DNA of 24,000 nt from Moritella sp. F3 (GCF_015082335.1 NZ_BLRL01000002.1:262569-286568); one strand, 5' to 3'. Positions 1 through 15,005 are shown, numbered from the stretch's first letter. Notes: generated by a model from the sequence alone, not told the origin. Numbers and translations: made by a program.

Positions 1-391
1 CATCAATGAATTCAACATTACCCTTTTCATCTCGGGAAAAGAATAAACTCGCTAATTTTTTTTCTGGAATTAAAGTGTTGGGTTCAGGCCAGATGCCACC
101 ACTGATGATAATGTCATTACTCTGATAAAATACCGAAAAAATCATGTTATCAAGTACATCAATAGGATAACCACTTACCGCAACGCCGACTAACCCATGT
201 AAAGTGGCAACAGAGCGCTCTAAAGGCTCTTCAATTTCATGAGACAGTAATTGAGTTCTTAAATTAAGGTTATTTTCGAGATTATCACGGATAGGTGGTT
301 CGACGACATAATAGGTAATGCTGGCAATTATGCTCATGAGTAAGCAAGCATAAAAGCCCAGTGCAATAATACTTTTTTTCTTTAAAGACAT
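1..391 (-). CDS. Membrane-anchored sensor protein, N-terminal part only (Cache-like extracytoplasmic domain). The gene continues past the left edge.
   Basis: It is absent from the ORF track because it has no stop in the window. Hand translation of the minus strand from the ATG at 391-389 stays open to position 1 (130 codons): MSLKKKSIIALGFYACLLMSIIASITYYVVEPPIRDNLENNLNLRTQLLSHEIEEPLERSVATLHGLVGVAVSGYPIDVLDNMIFSVFYQSNDIIISGGIWPEPNTLIPEKKLASLFFSRDEKGNVEFID. There is one N-terminal hydrophobic helix followed by a soluble segment with a GGIWxEP-type motif, as in Cache-type sensor domains of MCPs, GGDEF proteins and kinases. GGTGG lies about 5 nt upstream of the ATG. The output domain is outside the window, so the protein class is unknown. 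Confidence 0.6.
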   Translation of the reverse strand, partial: MSLKKKSIIALGFYACLLMSIIASITYYVVEPPIRDNLENNLNLRTQLLSHEIEEPLERSVATLHGLVGVAVSGYPIDVLDNMIFSVFYQSNDIIISGGIWPEPNTLIPEKKLASLFFSRDEKGNVEFID

Positions 392-502
392 TTAACCACC
401 ATAAAAACCAGCTACTAGTTTATTAGTATAAGTAATCTAAGTCCTTTGCCTTAAAAAAGTATTATAACTATGATCTAAGCCACATTAATTGGCGGTAAAT
501 AC

Positions 503-540
503 CTTACTACGCATCGCGGTGGTTAACACGGATGCGTAAG
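503..540 (-). terminator. Candidate terminator hairpin downstream of galM
   Basis: Arm cttacTACgcatc (503-515) pairs with gatgcgtaag (531-540), with a 3-nt bulge. It lies 23 nt past the galM stop on the minus strand. The following U-tract is weak (gtattta), hence the low confidence. Confidence 0.35.
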
Positions 541-562
541 ATAATAAGCAGGAATAAGAAGA

Positions 563-1666
563 TTACACCGTAAACTGATAACTTGTCTGGTGTTGGTAGG
601 TTTCCGCCGGTTGCAGCACAACGTTTGGATGATCCCACTGCAGGTTATTCATTGCATCAGCTACAAACTGGGTTTCTAAAGCAATTCCTGCATAGTCTTG
701 ATATTGGCCACCCATACGATCTGGCGTGTCAGCTAACCAGTTTCCAGTATACAGTTGCATGGCCGGTTTGGTGGTAAACACATTCAGCGTAAGCAAGTTA
801 TCAGGAGATATCAGTCTGGCTGCTAACGCGCCTTGTAAACAACTTTTAGCTAATATAAAAGCGTGGTCGTAACCTTTTGCTGCTTGCTGGTGTGCATCAA
901 GCATAAAGTCTTGTTCAATACACTTCTCAGTACTGAAATCAAAGTACCCACCCTGCACTTTCTGCCACTCGCCTGTCGGTATCCCCACTTCATTTGTCGG
1001 TACAAAAGCATCACTATTTATGCTTAAGCTATGCGTTAGTGCTAATTGACCACTATCCGCGCCTAACAAATTGAAATAGGCATGGTTGGTCAAGTTGATT
1101 GGCGTTGCTTGCGTGGTATGTCCGCTATAACTGATCACCACTTCATTATTATCAGTTAGCTGATATTTGACCCTAACCGTTAATTCACCTGGAAAACCCT
1201 GATCGCCATCCGGTGAGACTAATGCAAACTCAATGCTATTTTCGTTATTCTTTTCATTATTATTTATATTGAAAGGCTGTTCACGATTATCCGTCGCAAC
1301 CCAACGGCGTTTATCAAACCCCACAGTGCCACCATGCAAGGTATTACCAGCTTGATTGGTATCAACTTGATATGCAACGCCCGCAATAGAGAACTGGCCT
1401 TTGGCGATGCGATTAGCCACGCGACCAACGATTACGCCCATATAACTTTGTTGCAATTGAAAGTCGGCCATATTATTTTGACCAAGCAATACTTCTCGAC
1501 ATCCCCCGTCTACAGGTACTTTACAACTTAGCCATGCAGCGCCAACATCCATCAACACGATACGCATGCCACGCTTATTTTTCAGTTCAAACAACTGAGC
1601 AGGGCGACCGTCAAAAGCCGCCTCAGCAGTCATACTCTCGAACAAACTTGATTGCTCAATCATCAT
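563..1666 (-). CDS. galM: Aldose 1-epimerase (galactose mutarotase)
   Basis: GalM-family motifs are present: RVANRIAKGQF, NTLHGGTVGFDKRRW, SPDGDQGFPGEL, TNHAYFNL and ALETQ. It is the last gene of the galETKM order. The start is ambiguous between GTG 1669, ATG 1666 and ATG 1663. AGGGTG sits just upstream and the galK stop is at 1673-1675. Confidence 0.9.
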   Translation of the reverse strand: MMIEQSSLFESMTAEAAFDGRPAQLFELKNKRGMRIVLMDVGAAWLSCKVPVDGGCREVLLGQNNMADFQLQQSYMGVIVGRVANRIAKGQFSIAGVAYQVDTNQAGNTLHGGTVGFDKRRWVATDNREQPFNINNNEKNNENSIEFALVSPDGDQGFPGELTVRVKYQLTDNNEVVISYSGHTTQATPINLTNHAYFNLLGADSGQLALTHSLSINSDAFVPTNEVGIPTGEWQKVQGGYFDFSTEKCIEQDFMLDAHQQAAKGYDHAFILAKSCLQGALAARLISPDNLLTLNVFTTKPAMQLYTGNWLADTPDRMGGQYQDYAGIALETQFVADAMNNLQWDHPNVVLQPAETYQHQTSYQFTV

Positions 1667-1672
1667 CACACC

Positions 1673-2833
1673 CTATACTGCAGACACTAATCCAGCGCCA
1701 TTTTGAGCTTGGCACACATAGATAGATTCTTTTAAGCCCGTCGCTGGCTCATACAATTCTTCAACTGCACTGCGAACCGAATCAACTAATACAGGTGGCA
1801 CTAATGCAACGATGCAACCACCAAAACCACCACCCGTCATGCGCACACCGCCCTCAACGCCGATAACGTTTTTGACAATATTAACTAAGGCATCAACTTC
1901 TTTTACCGTGATTTCAAAATCATCACGCATTGACGCATGCGATTCTTCCATCAGCTCAGCCATACGTTTAATGTCACCAGCAGCCAGCACACTTGCCGCT
2001 TCAACGGTGCGATCATTTTCGGTGATCACGTGGCGAGCACGTTTTGCGACCATCTCATCCAACTCATGTTCTTTGGCATTGAATGTTTCAATAGAGACAT
2101 CACGTAATGCTTTTACACCAAAAATACGTGCTGCTTCTTCACATTGCTCACGGCGAGTATTGTATTCAGAATCCACCAACCCACGTTTCTTATTCGAATT
2201 GATGATCACTACTGACATGTTTTCAGGCATGGATACGGCTGTTGTTTCAAGGCTACGACAATCAAGTAACATGGCGTGATTTTCATTGCCTTCTGCCGAT
2301 ACCATCTGATCCATAATGCCACAGTTACAACCAACAAATTCATTCTCAGCTTGCTGGCCGTTTAAGGCTACTTCAGCTTGGGTGATATTCAAATGGTATA
2401 ACTCTTTAAACGTTTGACCGATAACCACTTCAAGTGCTGCAGATGAGCTTAACCCAGCCCCTTGAGGCACATTACCAGTCACCGCAATATCGGCACCTTT
2501 AAATTCAAAACCACGTTCAAGCAAACACTTAACCACACCACGAATATAATTCGCCCACATTTTATCGTCTTGAAATTCAATTGGCTGAGTAATATCAAAC
2601 TCATCCGTTTCATTTTCATAATCAACAGCAACGACACGCACAATATTGTCATCACGTGTTGCTGCTGCTACCACCGTTTGATAGTTGATTGCACAAGGCA
2701 ATACAAAACCATCGTTATAATCGGTATGTTCGCCAATCAGGTTTACACGACCTGGTGCTTGCACAACATGCGTTGGTGCGTAGTTTAATACTGAGTTAAA
2801 TGCATTTTTTACGTTTTGAATTAAATTGGTCAT
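1673..2833 (-). CDS. galK: Galactokinase
   Basis: It carries the galactokinase signature [19 protein letters not shown] and the GHMP kinase motif [14 protein letters not shown]. The ORF-track start (2947, 424 aa) adds 38 residues with no counterpart in GalK. The ATG at 2833-2831 gives [12 protein letters not shown] (386 aa, normal GalK length) and is preceded by GGAAGG 6 nt upstream. Confidence 0.93.
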   Translation of the reverse strand: MTNLIQNVKNAFNSVLNYAPTHVVQAPGRVNLIGEHTDYNDGFVLPCAINYQTVVAAATRDDNIVRVVAVDYENETDEFDITQPIEFQDDKMWANYIRGVVKCLLERGFEFKGADIAVTGNVPQGAGLSSSAALEVVIGQTFKELYHLNITQAEVALNGQQAENEFVGCNCGIMDQMVSAEGNENHAMLLDCRSLETTAVSMPENMSVVIINSNKKRGLVDSEYNTRREQCEEAARIFGVKALRDVSIETFNAKEHELDEMVAKRARHVITENDRTVEAASVLAAGDIKRMAELMEESHASMRDDFEITVKEVDALVNIVKNVIGVEGGVRMTGGGFGGCIVALVPPVLVDSVRSAVEELYEPATGLKESIYVCQAQNGAGLVSAV

Positions 2834-2874
2834 CGGTGCCTTCCACGTTTTTTCGGGATCTGAATCTCTCGTCG

Positions 2875-2898
2875 AGCGCAGTGTCATTACACTGCGCT
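2875..2898 (-). other. Perfect 10-bp intercistronic stem-loop in the galT-galK spacer
   Basis: agcgcagtgt (2875-2884) and acactgcgct (2889-2898) are exact reverse complements around a 4-nt loop. No U-tract follows on the mRNA strand, so it is not a classical terminator. It lies inside a 153-nt spacer between the galT stop (2987) and the galK start (2833). Confidence 0.6.
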
Positions 2899-2986
2899 TA
2901 CCGAGTCTCATTGCTATCTTTTTTTTATAATAACGGCGTTTTGTCATTATAACTCTCTGCTATTAGTCATCACTTTTTGCCATCAA

Positions 2987-4063
2987 TCATAATTCTTTAT
3001 AATGTACGTCGCTGACATCACGTAGTTTTTGCGCAGCTTGCTCGGCGGTTAAATCACGCTGGTTTTCACCTAACATTTCATAACCCACCATGAATTTACG
3101 TACTGATGCAGAGCGCAGTAATGGCGGGTAAAACAGCGCATGTAATTGCCAATGCTCAATATCCGTGCCTTCTTCAAAGAACGGCGCGTAATGCCAACCC
3201 ATTGAATAAGGGAATGAGCATTTAAAAAGATTGTCATAACGACACGTTAACTTCTTAATCGCTAACGCTAGGTCATCGCGTTGCTCATCCGTTAATTCGT
3301 TCATACGGCGAATATGTGTTTTTGGCAATAACATCGTTTCGAACGGCCATGCAGCCCAATACGGCACGACAGCAAGCCAATGTTCGGTTTCAACAACTGT
3401 ACGTTCACCGTCTTGTAATTCAGAGCCAACGTAATCAACTAATAAGTTCGAACCATGCTCTTGCTGGTATGCTTTCAGCAGTTTTTCTTTACGTTCAATT
3501 TCGTTAGGTAAAAAACTATTTGCCCATACTTGGCCATGTGGATGCGGTTGCGAGCAGCCCATTGCTGCGCCTTTATTCTCGAACGCTTGCACCCACAGAT
3601 ATTCTTTACCTAGTTCTTCAATTTGTTCATTCCAAGTATCGATCACGCCGCGGATCTTTGCCGTAGGCAGTTCTGGTAATGTCTTACTATGATCTGGTGA
3701 AAAACAAATAACGCGGCTTAATCCACGCACGCCTTCAGTTTTGAACAACGGATTAGTTGATTTAGGCGCTGCTGGTGAATCAGGCATTAACGCGGCGAAG
3801 TCATTACTAAACACATAAGTACCGTCGTAATTTGGATTTTCATCTCCGGAAATACGTTTGTTGGTTGGACATAAAAAACAGTCTTGCTCATACGTCGATA
3901 GTTCCGCCGTATCAGGTTCTTCATCTTGACCACTCCACGGGCGCTTTGCTCGGTGAGGTGATACTAAGATCCATTGACCTGTTAACGGATTATAACGACG
4001 ATGCGGATGATCAATTGGGTTGAATTCTTTGTTACATTCTTCATAAACTTCTTGCGTAGACAT
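2987..4063 (-). CDS. galT: Galactose-1-phosphate uridylyltransferase
   Basis: GalT motifs are present: [23 protein letters not shown], the CFLCP zinc site and the active-site [12 protein letters not shown] (HPH). The ORF-track start at 4114 would overlap galE by 47 nt. The ATG at 4063-4061 gives MSTQEVYEE (358 aa), with AAGGA upstream, 4 nt after the galE stop. Confidence 0.93.
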   Translation of the reverse strand: MSTQEVYEECNKEFNPIDHPHRRYNPLTGQWILVSPHRAKRPWSGQDEEPDTAELSTYEQDCFLCPTNKRISGDENPNYDGTYVFSNDFAALMPDSPAAPKSTNPLFKTEGVRGLSRVICFSPDHSKTLPELPTAKIRGVIDTWNEQIEELGKEYLWVQAFENKGAAMGCSQPHPHGQVWANSFLPNEIERKEKLLKAYQQEHGSNLLVDYVGSELQDGERTVVETEHWLAVVPYWAAWPFETMLLPKTHIRRMNELTDEQRDDLALAIKKLTCRYDNLFKCSFPYSMGWHYAPFFEEGTDIEHWQLHALFYPPLLRSASVRKFMVGYEMLGENQRDLTAEQAAQKLRDVSDVHYKEL

Positions 4064-4067
4064 AAGC

Positions 4068-5078
4068 TTAATATCCTTGTGGATTAGTTGACTGCCAGCG
4101 CCATGTATCAGCACTCATTTCCATTACATTACGACTGGCTTTCCAACCTAAGTCTTTTTCTGCTTTTGCTGTACTTGCCCAACACTCGGCAATATCACCA
4201 GCGCGACGTGGACATACTTGATATGGGATAGGTTGACCAGATGCTTGCGCAAACGCATTCACCATTTCTAATACACTTGAACCTTTGCCTGTACCAAGGT
4301 TGTAAATATGTAAACCAGACTTAGCACCCACAGTCGTTAATGCGGCAATGTGTCCATCAGCTAAATCCATCACATGAATATAATCACGAACGCCTGTGCC
4401 ATCAGGTGTTGGATAGTCATCGCCAAATACCGACAGAGATTCACGACGACCGACGGCAACTTGGGCAATAAACGGCATTAAGTTATTTGGGATCCCTTGT
4501 GGATCTTCCCCCATGGTGCCAGACGGATGCGCGCCAACCGGATTGAAGTAACGTAGTAAAGTAATACTCCAATCATTATCGGCAACAAACAGATCTGAAT
4601 AACATTCTTCAATGATGTATTTACTACGCCCATAAGGATTGGTTGTGGCACCAGTTGGTGAATCTTCAGTAATAGGGACTATCTCAGGATCGCCATACAC
4701 GGTTGCCGAAGAACTAAATACAATGCTTTTCACATTGGCTTTACGCATTGAACGCACCAGCACTAAAGAGCCGTTTACATTGTTATCGTAGTATTCCAGT
4801 GGTTTTTGCACTGACTCACCAACCGCTTTTAATCCTGCAAAATGGATCACCGATGAAATAGCGTGTTCAGTGAAAATACGATCAAGGAAGGCTTCATCAC
4901 GCACATCTCCTTGGTAGAAAACAGGACGAACCTGCGTTAATGCTTCAATACGATCGAGTACAGCTAATTTACTATTATCTAAGTTATCGATAATGATAGG
5001 CTCGATGCCTGCAGCAATCATCTGTACACATGTATGACTACCGATGTAGCCCATCCCGCCTGTTACCAGTACTTTCAC
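4068..5078 (-). CDS. galE: UDP-glucose 4-epimerase
   Basis: It has the Rossmann motif [13 protein letters not shown], the catalytic YGRSKYIIE (YxxxK) and [10 protein letters not shown]. The preferred start is GTG at 5078-5076, which gives MKVLVTGG as in E. coli GalE (336 aa), with GGGAGA about 7 nt upstream. ATG 5096 and GTG 5105 have no RBS. Confidence 0.92.
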   Translation of the reverse strand: MKVLVTGGMGYIGSHTCVQMIAAGIEPIIIDNLDNSKLAVLDRIEALTQVRPVFYQGDVRDEAFLDRIFTEHAISSVIHFAGLKAVGESVQKPLEYYDNNVNGSLVLVRSMRKANVKSIVFSSSATVYGDPEIVPITEDSPTGATTNPYGRSKYIIEECYSDLFVADNDWSITLLRYFNPVGAHPSGTMGEDPQGIPNNLMPFIAQVAVGRRESLSVFGDDYPTPDGTGVRDYIHVMDLADGHIAALTTVGAKSGLHIYNLGTGKGSSVLEMVNAFAQASGQPIPYQVCPRRAGDIAECWASTAKAEKDLGWKASRNVMEMSADTWRWQSTNPQGY

Positions 5079-5120
5079 AATGAATTCTCCCGCCATGTTG
5101 AACACAAAATAGGTAAATCT

Positions 5121-5149
5121 ATAAGATACTTGAGTACCCTACCGATCAA
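5121..5149 (-). promoter_or_regulatory. Candidate sigma70 promoter for galETKM
   Basis: On the minus strand: TTGATC (plus 5144-5149), a 17-nt spacer, then TCTTAT (plus 5121-5126). Both hexamers match consensus at only 4/6, so this is tentative. Confidence 0.25.
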
Positions 5150-5165
5150 ATGTAAACGTTTCCAC
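5150..5165. promoter_or_regulatory. GalR/LacI-family type operator upstream of galE
   Basis: ATGTAAACGTTTCCAC is a near-palindrome (TGTAAAC|GTTTCCA) with the central CG typical of LacI-family operators. It matches 14/16 positions of the E. coli gal OE operator as I remember it (GTGTAAACGATTCCAC). It abuts the candidate -35 hexamer. Confidence 0.5.
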
Positions 5166-5182
5166 AAAAACAACCACCAATC

Positions 5183-5201
5183 AGTAAACATTTTACTAAA
5201 A
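5183..5201. promoter_or_regulatory. Palindrome AGTAAA-cat-TTTACT, overlapping an 11-mer shared with the ebgA upstream region
   Basis: Positions 5183-5197 have 6-bp inverted arms. TTTTACTAAAA (5191-5201) recurs exactly at 6573-6583. Confidence 0.25.
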
Positions 5202-5282
5202 GTGAGATTTAGGTATCAAAATTCCCTTTTTTTCCGTAAAATACCCCCTATAAAGAATAATAATGACTGGGCTGGAGGATGA

Positions 5283-6278
<996 letters not shown>

Positions 6279-6572
6279 GCTTTAAACACCTAAAAATGAC
6301 ATTAAAGCAGTGTATGACTATGCTGCTACTTCCTTCAAAACGCCTTAAATCGCCATTAAACTCCCCCTTTAATTCTGCCTTTAGTTTTCATTCGACTTGC
6401 TCTACCTACTCATCCCGTTATTAACATTTAAATTCACGCATTAACATTTCTAGATCTACATCACATTAGCACCACAACCTTGTTACATAGCAACCTGCCT
6501 TTAACGTTATCCAGCTCACAAACCTCACCATCAAATGTGATCAAGTTAAAACTAAAACAACATTTCTATTCG

Positions 6573-6590
6573 TTTTACTAAAACTTTAGT
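6573..6590. promoter_or_regulatory. Palindrome ACTAAA-ac-TTTAGT with the shared 11-mer, about 75 nt upstream of ebgA
   Basis: Positions 6577-6590 have 6-bp inverted arms. TTTTACTAAAA (6573-6583) is identical to 5191-5201. It is immediately followed by TAATAT (6591-6596), a possible -10 hexamer. No convincing -35 hexamer was found. Confidence 0.25.
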
Positions 6591-6593
6591 TAA

Positions 6594-10195
<3,602 letters not shown>

Positions 10196-10279
10196 AGAGC
10201 TGAATAAATAGCGACAAAACAGCACTGAATAAATACTAATAATTATAAAAATCAGACCTAACGAAAGACAGGGAAATGT

Positions 10280-10319
10280 GCTTCAACAATTCATTTTAAA
10301 AACGACTTGTTGAAGCCTC
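10280..10319 (+). promoter_or_regulatory. Leader hairpin plus a possible anti-Shine-Dalgarno segment ahead of the permease
   Basis: gcttcaacaa (10280-10289) and ttgttgaagc (10307-10316) are exact 10-bp inverted repeats with no U-tract after them. The overlapping AGCCTCCA (10314-10321) can pair with the permease SD region TGGAGGGCT (10352-10360), giving 8 bp with one bulge. Confidence 0.3.
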
Positions 10320-10341
10320 CAGCTCCCCCTACACTAAATAG

Positions 10342-11793
<1,452 letters not shown>

Positions 11794-11844
11794 ACTTTAT
11801 TAGAGTCGGCTTTATTAGAAATAGTTAAATTCTAAGTAAACCTT

Positions 11845-11880
11845 AAGGCACTGATATTTATTATCAGTGCCTTTTTTGTT
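11845..11880 (+). terminator. Rho-independent terminator after the permease
   Basis: A perfect 12-bp stem, aaggcactgata / tatcagtgcctt, has loop tttat and is followed by ttttgtt. Confidence 0.85.
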
Positions 11881-11971
11881 ACCTCAAAAAACATGATCCC
11901 ACCCTAACCCCCTACTTTTATGATTAAATAATAAGAGAGGGTATATTTCTTCAGTGCACAATTTCACAGGC

Positions 11972-12007
11972 AAAAAAATACCCATCAACCTAAGCTGATG
12001 GGTATTT
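11972..12007 (-). terminator. Rho-independent terminator after aroC
   Basis: The stem is aaatacccatca (11976-11987) / tgatgggtattt (11996-12007). On the minus strand it is followed by a T-run (the plus-strand A-run at 11972-11978), 29 nt past the aroC stop. Confidence 0.8.
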
Positions 12008-12035
12008 AAATGTCTACTATCTATCTAACCAAAAA

Positions 12036-13124
12036 CTACATATTTGGTGTTTGCGTTTCTACATGTAGATTCTGCGCACGGTGTCTTAGCAAGTGGTCCA
12101 TTAGCGTGATAGCAAGTTGTGCTTCAGCAATTGGCACTGCGCGGATACCCACACATGGATCGTGACGACCTTTAGTAACCACTTCAATCGCGTTACCAAA
12201 CTTATCAATTGATTTACCAGGAATGGTAATACTTGAAGTCGGTTTCATTGCAATGTGCGCAATAATATCTTGGCCACTTGAAATGCCACCGAGTACGCCA
12301 CCAGCGTGATTAGAAAGGAAACCATCTTCTGGTGTCATCTCATCACGGTGTTCGCTACCTAGCTGTTCTACAACGCCAAAACCATCACCAATCTCAACGC
12401 CCTTCACTGCGTTAATGCTCATTAATGAATGTGCGATGTCCGCGTCTAAACGATCAAATACTGGTTCACCTAAACCAACTGGCACACCTTCAGCTACAAC
12501 CGTTACTTTAGCACCCACTGAATTACCTGATTTTTTCAACCCGCGCATGTATTCATCAAGCGCTTCTAATTTGCTTGGATCAGGGAAGAAAAATGGGTTT
12601 TGTTCAACTTGATCCCATTGCAGCGCTTCAGCTTTAATTGGACCCAGTTGTGATAAATAACCGCGAATAACAATACCGTGTTGCTCTTTTAAGTATTTTT
12701 TCGCAATAGCACCTGCCGCTACGCGCATTGCCGTTTCACGTGCCGATGAACGACCACCACCACGGTAATCACGATGGCCGAATTTTTGATGATATGTGTA
12801 ATCAGCATGACCCGGACGGAAGGTGTCTTTGATGTTCGAATAATCTTGTGAACGTTGATCAGTATTTTTGATCATCAGGCCAATTGAACAACCTGTGGTT
12901 TTACCTTCAAAAATACCAGAAAGGATCTGTACTTCATCAGCTTCACGGCGCTGAGTAGTATAGCGAGATGTGCCAGGCTTACGACGGTCAAGATCAAACT
13001 GTAGATCTTCTAGTGAAATTTCAAGTCCTGGAGGGCAGCCATCAATGATGCACCCAAGTGCTGGTCCATGGCTTTCTCCGAATGTGGAGATCTTAAATAA
13101 TTGCCCAATACTATTCCCTGCCAT
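12036..13124 (-). CDS. aroC: Chorismate synthase
   Basis: [53 protein letters not shown] and GRHDPCVG are canonical AroC motifs. At 362 aa it matches E. coli AroC (361 aa). Confidence 0.97.
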   Translation of the reverse strand: MAGNSIGQLFKISTFGESHGPALGCIIDGCPPGLEISLEDLQFDLDRRKPGTSRYTTQRREADEVQILSGIFEGKTTGCSIGLMIKNTDQRSQDYSNIKDTFRPGHADYTYHQKFGHRDYRGGGRSSARETAMRVAAGAIAKKYLKEQHGIVIRGYLSQLGPIKAEALQWDQVEQNPFFFPDPSKLEALDEYMRGLKKSGNSVGAKVTVVAEGVPVGLGEPVFDRLDADIAHSLMSINAVKGVEIGDGFGVVEQLGSEHRDEMTPEDGFLSNHAGGVLGGISSGQDIIAHIAMKPTSSITIPGKSIDKFGNAIEVVTKGRHDPCVGIRAVPIAEAQLAITLMDHLLRHRAQNLHVETQTPNM

Positions 13125-13214
13125 AACAGCTTTTCCTTTATAAAATACTGACTAATACCCTTGAGAATACAAGACCTACGGCTTAGCGACAATAGCAAAT
13201 CGTTAAAAAAAACA

Positions 13215-13254
13215 ATAAAAAAAACCTGTGGCCATCAAAGATGAACACAGGTTT
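13215..13254 (-). terminator. Rho-independent terminator after prmB
   Basis: The stem is aaacctgtg (13222-13230) / cacaggttt (13246-13254). On the minus strand it is followed by TTTTTTTT (the plus-strand A-run at 13217-13224). This separates prmB from aroC transcription. Confidence 0.75.
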
Positions 13255-13324
13255 ATCGCGGCTTTTAATAGCCTATAATCCGTTACCGAATGACTTAAAC
13301 AGTTTGACTATTTAAACGGTGCGG

Positions 13325-13370
13325 CTATTTATTTAAACTGAGCAAACTATTTACTTAAACTGAGCAAACT
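13325..13370. repeat. Tandem duplication (22-bp period, 2 copies) of the prmB 3' end
   Basis: ctatttaTttaaactgagcaaact (13325-13348) and ctatttaCttaaactgagcaaact (13347-13370) match at 23/24 positions. The second copy encodes the C-terminal AEFAQFK and the stop of prmB. Confidence 0.85.
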
Positions 13371-14280
13371 CTGCCATTGAATCTTCGATCTGCTCTTTGC
13401 TGATCACGAAGATACCGTGGCCGCCATTTTGCATTTCTAACCATGTAAATGGTACTTCTGGGAATTTCTCTTGCATGTGTACCATGCTGTTACCGATCTC
13501 AACGAACAGTAAACCACCATCGTTTAGCATATCAGGTGCTTGAGCAATCATCTTCAGCGTAAGTTCAAGACCATCAAAGCCTGACTGTAAACCAATCTCA
13601 GGTTCATGCTTGAATTCTTCAGGCAGGTTATCAATGTCTTCTTGATCAACATAAGGAGGGTTAGATACGATCATGTCGTAACGTAAGCCAGTTAAGTTTG
13701 AGAACAAGTCAGATTGAATTGGCGTAACTTGATGCTCTACACCGTGATCCTGAATATTAATTTCGGCAACTTCAATCGCGCCGTGTTCAATATCAACAGC
13801 ATCAATTTCTGAATCTGGGAATGCGTGAGATAATGCAATTGCGATACAACCACTGCCCGTACACATATCAAGTACGCGCATAGGTTCGTGTGTTAACCAA
13901 GGTTGGAAACCATTCATGATTAGTTCTGCGAACGGTGAACGAGGCACAAGTACGCGTTCATCAACGAAGAATTCTAATCCTGCGAACCAAGCTTTGTTTG
14001 TTAGGTATGCAGCAGGAATACGCTCATTAACACGGCGAACAATTAGCTCAACCAGTTTTTGGCGTTCTGATGTAAGCAGTTTCGCATGACGAATTTGCGG
14101 ATCAATATCTAATGGCAGGTGTAACGTTGGTAAAATCAGCTGAACAGCTTCATCCCATGCGTTATCAGTACCGTGACCATAGAAAATATTCGCATCATTA
14201 AAGCGGCTAACTGCCCAACGGATGATATCTTGTATAGTAGTTAACTCTTTGACTGCTTCGTCAATAAAAATCCTGTCCAC
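13351..14280 (-). CDS. prmB: Ribosomal protein L3 glutamine N5-methyltransferase
   Basis: It has the SAM-binding motif [13 protein letters not shown] and the catalytic VSNPPYV (NPPY). The ORF-track start (14322) would overlap smrB. The GTG at 14280-14278 gives [18 protein letters not shown], parallel to E. coli PrmB MDKIFVDEAV, with GGAG 6 nt upstream. The product is 309 aa. Confidence 0.9.
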   Translation of the reverse strand: MDRIFIDEAVKELTTIQDIIRWAVSRFNDANIFYGHGTDNAWDEAVQLILPTLHLPLDIDPQIRHAKLLTSERQKLVELIVRRVNERIPAAYLTNKAWFAGLEFFVDERVLVPRSPFAELIMNGFQPWLTHEPMRVLDMCTGSGCIAIALSHAFPDSEIDAVDIEHGAIEVAEINIQDHGVEHQVTPIQSDLFSNLTGLRYDMIVSNPPYVDQEDIDNLPEEFKHEPEIGLQSGFDGLELTLKMIAQAPDMLNDGGLLFVEIGNSMVHMQEKFPEVPFTWLEMQNGGHGIFVISKEQIEDSMAEFAQFK

Positions 14281-14370
14281 AATTGACTCCAATTTTGGTA
14301 AAATAACAAAATGTTTAATCAACTGGTTTCGCAGTTGAAATTAGGTACCCACATTATGTTTAATAAACAA

Positions 14371-14985
14371 ATGAAAAAAAAGATGCTGCTGCAAATAGAC
14401 ACAGCCAAAGAACAGACCAAAGCTGCTGCGATTAAAGTATCACAAGCCACGCCGGAACCAGATGCACACACTCTTTTCTCTGATAGTATGAAAGGTATAA
14501 AACCTTTGCCACAGGATAGCATACGCACACAAAAAATCAGGGCTAAAAAACCTAAAATACAACCAAATGATTCAATCAGACAAGAATCAGCACAACGTGA
14601 ACATTTTTTCTCCGATCAATTTCAACCGCATATTGCCGACGAAGGACCTACCCGCTATATACGTGACGGCGTTTCTCCGTATGAGTTGAAAAAATTACGT
14701 CGTGGTGATTACGAACCCGAGCTGATGTTGGATTTACACGGTCTAACGCAAGAAATTGCCAAAGTAGAAATATCCGCGTTAATTGCAGAGTGCCGTAAAC
14801 AACATATTCGTTGCTGTAATGTGATGCACGGTCATGGTAAAAACATTCTGAAACACCAATTACCGATGTGGTTAGCACAGCATCCAGATATCGAGGCTTT
14901 CCATCAAGCAACGAAAACGTGGGGTGGCAGTGCAGCTATCTCCATCTTGGTTGAGTTAACGAATAAAGAAGATTTTTTAAGGTAG
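14371..14985 (+). CDS. smrB: Smr-domain endonuclease SmrB (ribosome-collision rescue nuclease)
   Basis: The C-terminal Smr domain (LRRGDYEPELMLDLHGLTQEIAKVEISALI...VMHGHGKNILKHQLPMWLAQHP...GGSAA) is colinear with E. coli SmrB. The gene is divergent from prmB, as in E. coli. The start is uncertain. ATG 14371 (MKKKMLL) parallels E. coli MKKK and ATG 14356 is also possible. The ORF-track start at 14311 overlaps prmB and is unlikely. Confidence 0.85.
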   Translation: MKKKMLLQIDTAKEQTKAAAIKVSQATPEPDAHTLFSDSMKGIKPLPQDSIRTQKIRAKKPKIQPNDSIRQESAQREHFFSDQFQPHIADEGPTRYIRDGVSPYELKKLRRGDYEPELMLDLHGLTQEIAKVEISALIAECRKQHIRCCNVMHGHGKNILKHQLPMWLAQHPDIEAFHQATKTWGGSAAISILVELTNKEDFLR

Positions 14986-15005
14986 CTAGTTAAGGTGATG
15001 AGTTA

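Noticed and set aside
1235-1270. An Asn-rich insertion (NINNNEKNNENS) in GalM relative to E. coli GalM.
   Set aside because: This is most simply a surface-loop expansion driven by AT-rich codon bias (AAT/AAA runs). The flanking catalytic motifs are intact, and there is no evidence of a functional module or an inserted element.
1812-2279. A long antisense ORF (155 aa) inside galK. Similar shadow ORFs occur at 583-777, 1334-1725, 2462-2788, 3316-3507, 3832-4023, 6831-7341, 8632-8814, 10007-10225, 10860-11693, 12415-12612, 14319-14911, 15941-16153, 16586-17098, 17829-18158, 18569-19247, 19838-20134, 20737-21051, 21629-22055, 22665-22859 and 23590-23928.
   Set aside because: All lie wholly inside, or antisense or out of frame to, genes with strong family signatures. 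Their products are low-complexity or compositionally odd (Ser/Thr/Pro/Arg-rich mirror translations). None has an RBS. They are typical frame shadows.
2834-2947. N-terminal extensions in the ORF-track versions of galK (424 aa), galT (to 4114), galE (to 5105), prmB (to 14322), smrB (from 14311) and the permease (TTG 10351).
   Set aside because: The extra residues have no counterpart in the respective families. They create gene overlaps (galT/galE by 47 nt, prmB/smrB by 12 nt). Internal starts with good SD sequences reproduce the orthologue N-termini.
4984-4993. A perfect CG-centred palindrome, TTATCGATAA, inside galE, considered as an internal operator analogous to E. coli gal OI.
   Set aside because: It encodes the conserved IIDNL segment of the GalE Rossmann fold, so the sequence is constrained by coding. 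Its half-sites differ from the upstream operator, and the 169-bp spacing does not match the E. coli OE-OI geometry.
6296-6424. A 42-codon ORF (MTLKQCMTMLLLPSKRL...) at the start of the long ebgR-ebgA intergenic region, considered as a possible leader peptide.
   Set aside because: No SD precedes the ATG (cacctaaaa). It has no features of known leader peptides and is too far (235 nt) from ebgA to couple obviously. I keep it only as a remote possibility under the intergenic-region finding.
6502-6509. TAACGTTA, a CG-centred palindrome, considered as the EbgR operator for ebgA.
   Set aside because: Only 8 bp are symmetric. The flanks do not fit the TGnAAnCGnTTnCA LacI-family pattern or the gal operator at 5150-5165. 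It is mentioned under the intergenic finding but not called as a feature.
6536-6551. A possible CRP site, TGTGAtcaagtTAAAA, upstream of ebgA. I also scanned the gal control region for one.
   Set aside because: Only the left half-site matches consensus. The right half (TAAAA versus TCACA) is poor. No better TGTGA-N6-TCACA match was seen in either control region.
13010-13198. A 62-aa ORF overlapping the aroC start.
   Set aside because: It is out of frame with the aroC 5' end and extends into the promoter and terminator region. There is no RBS.
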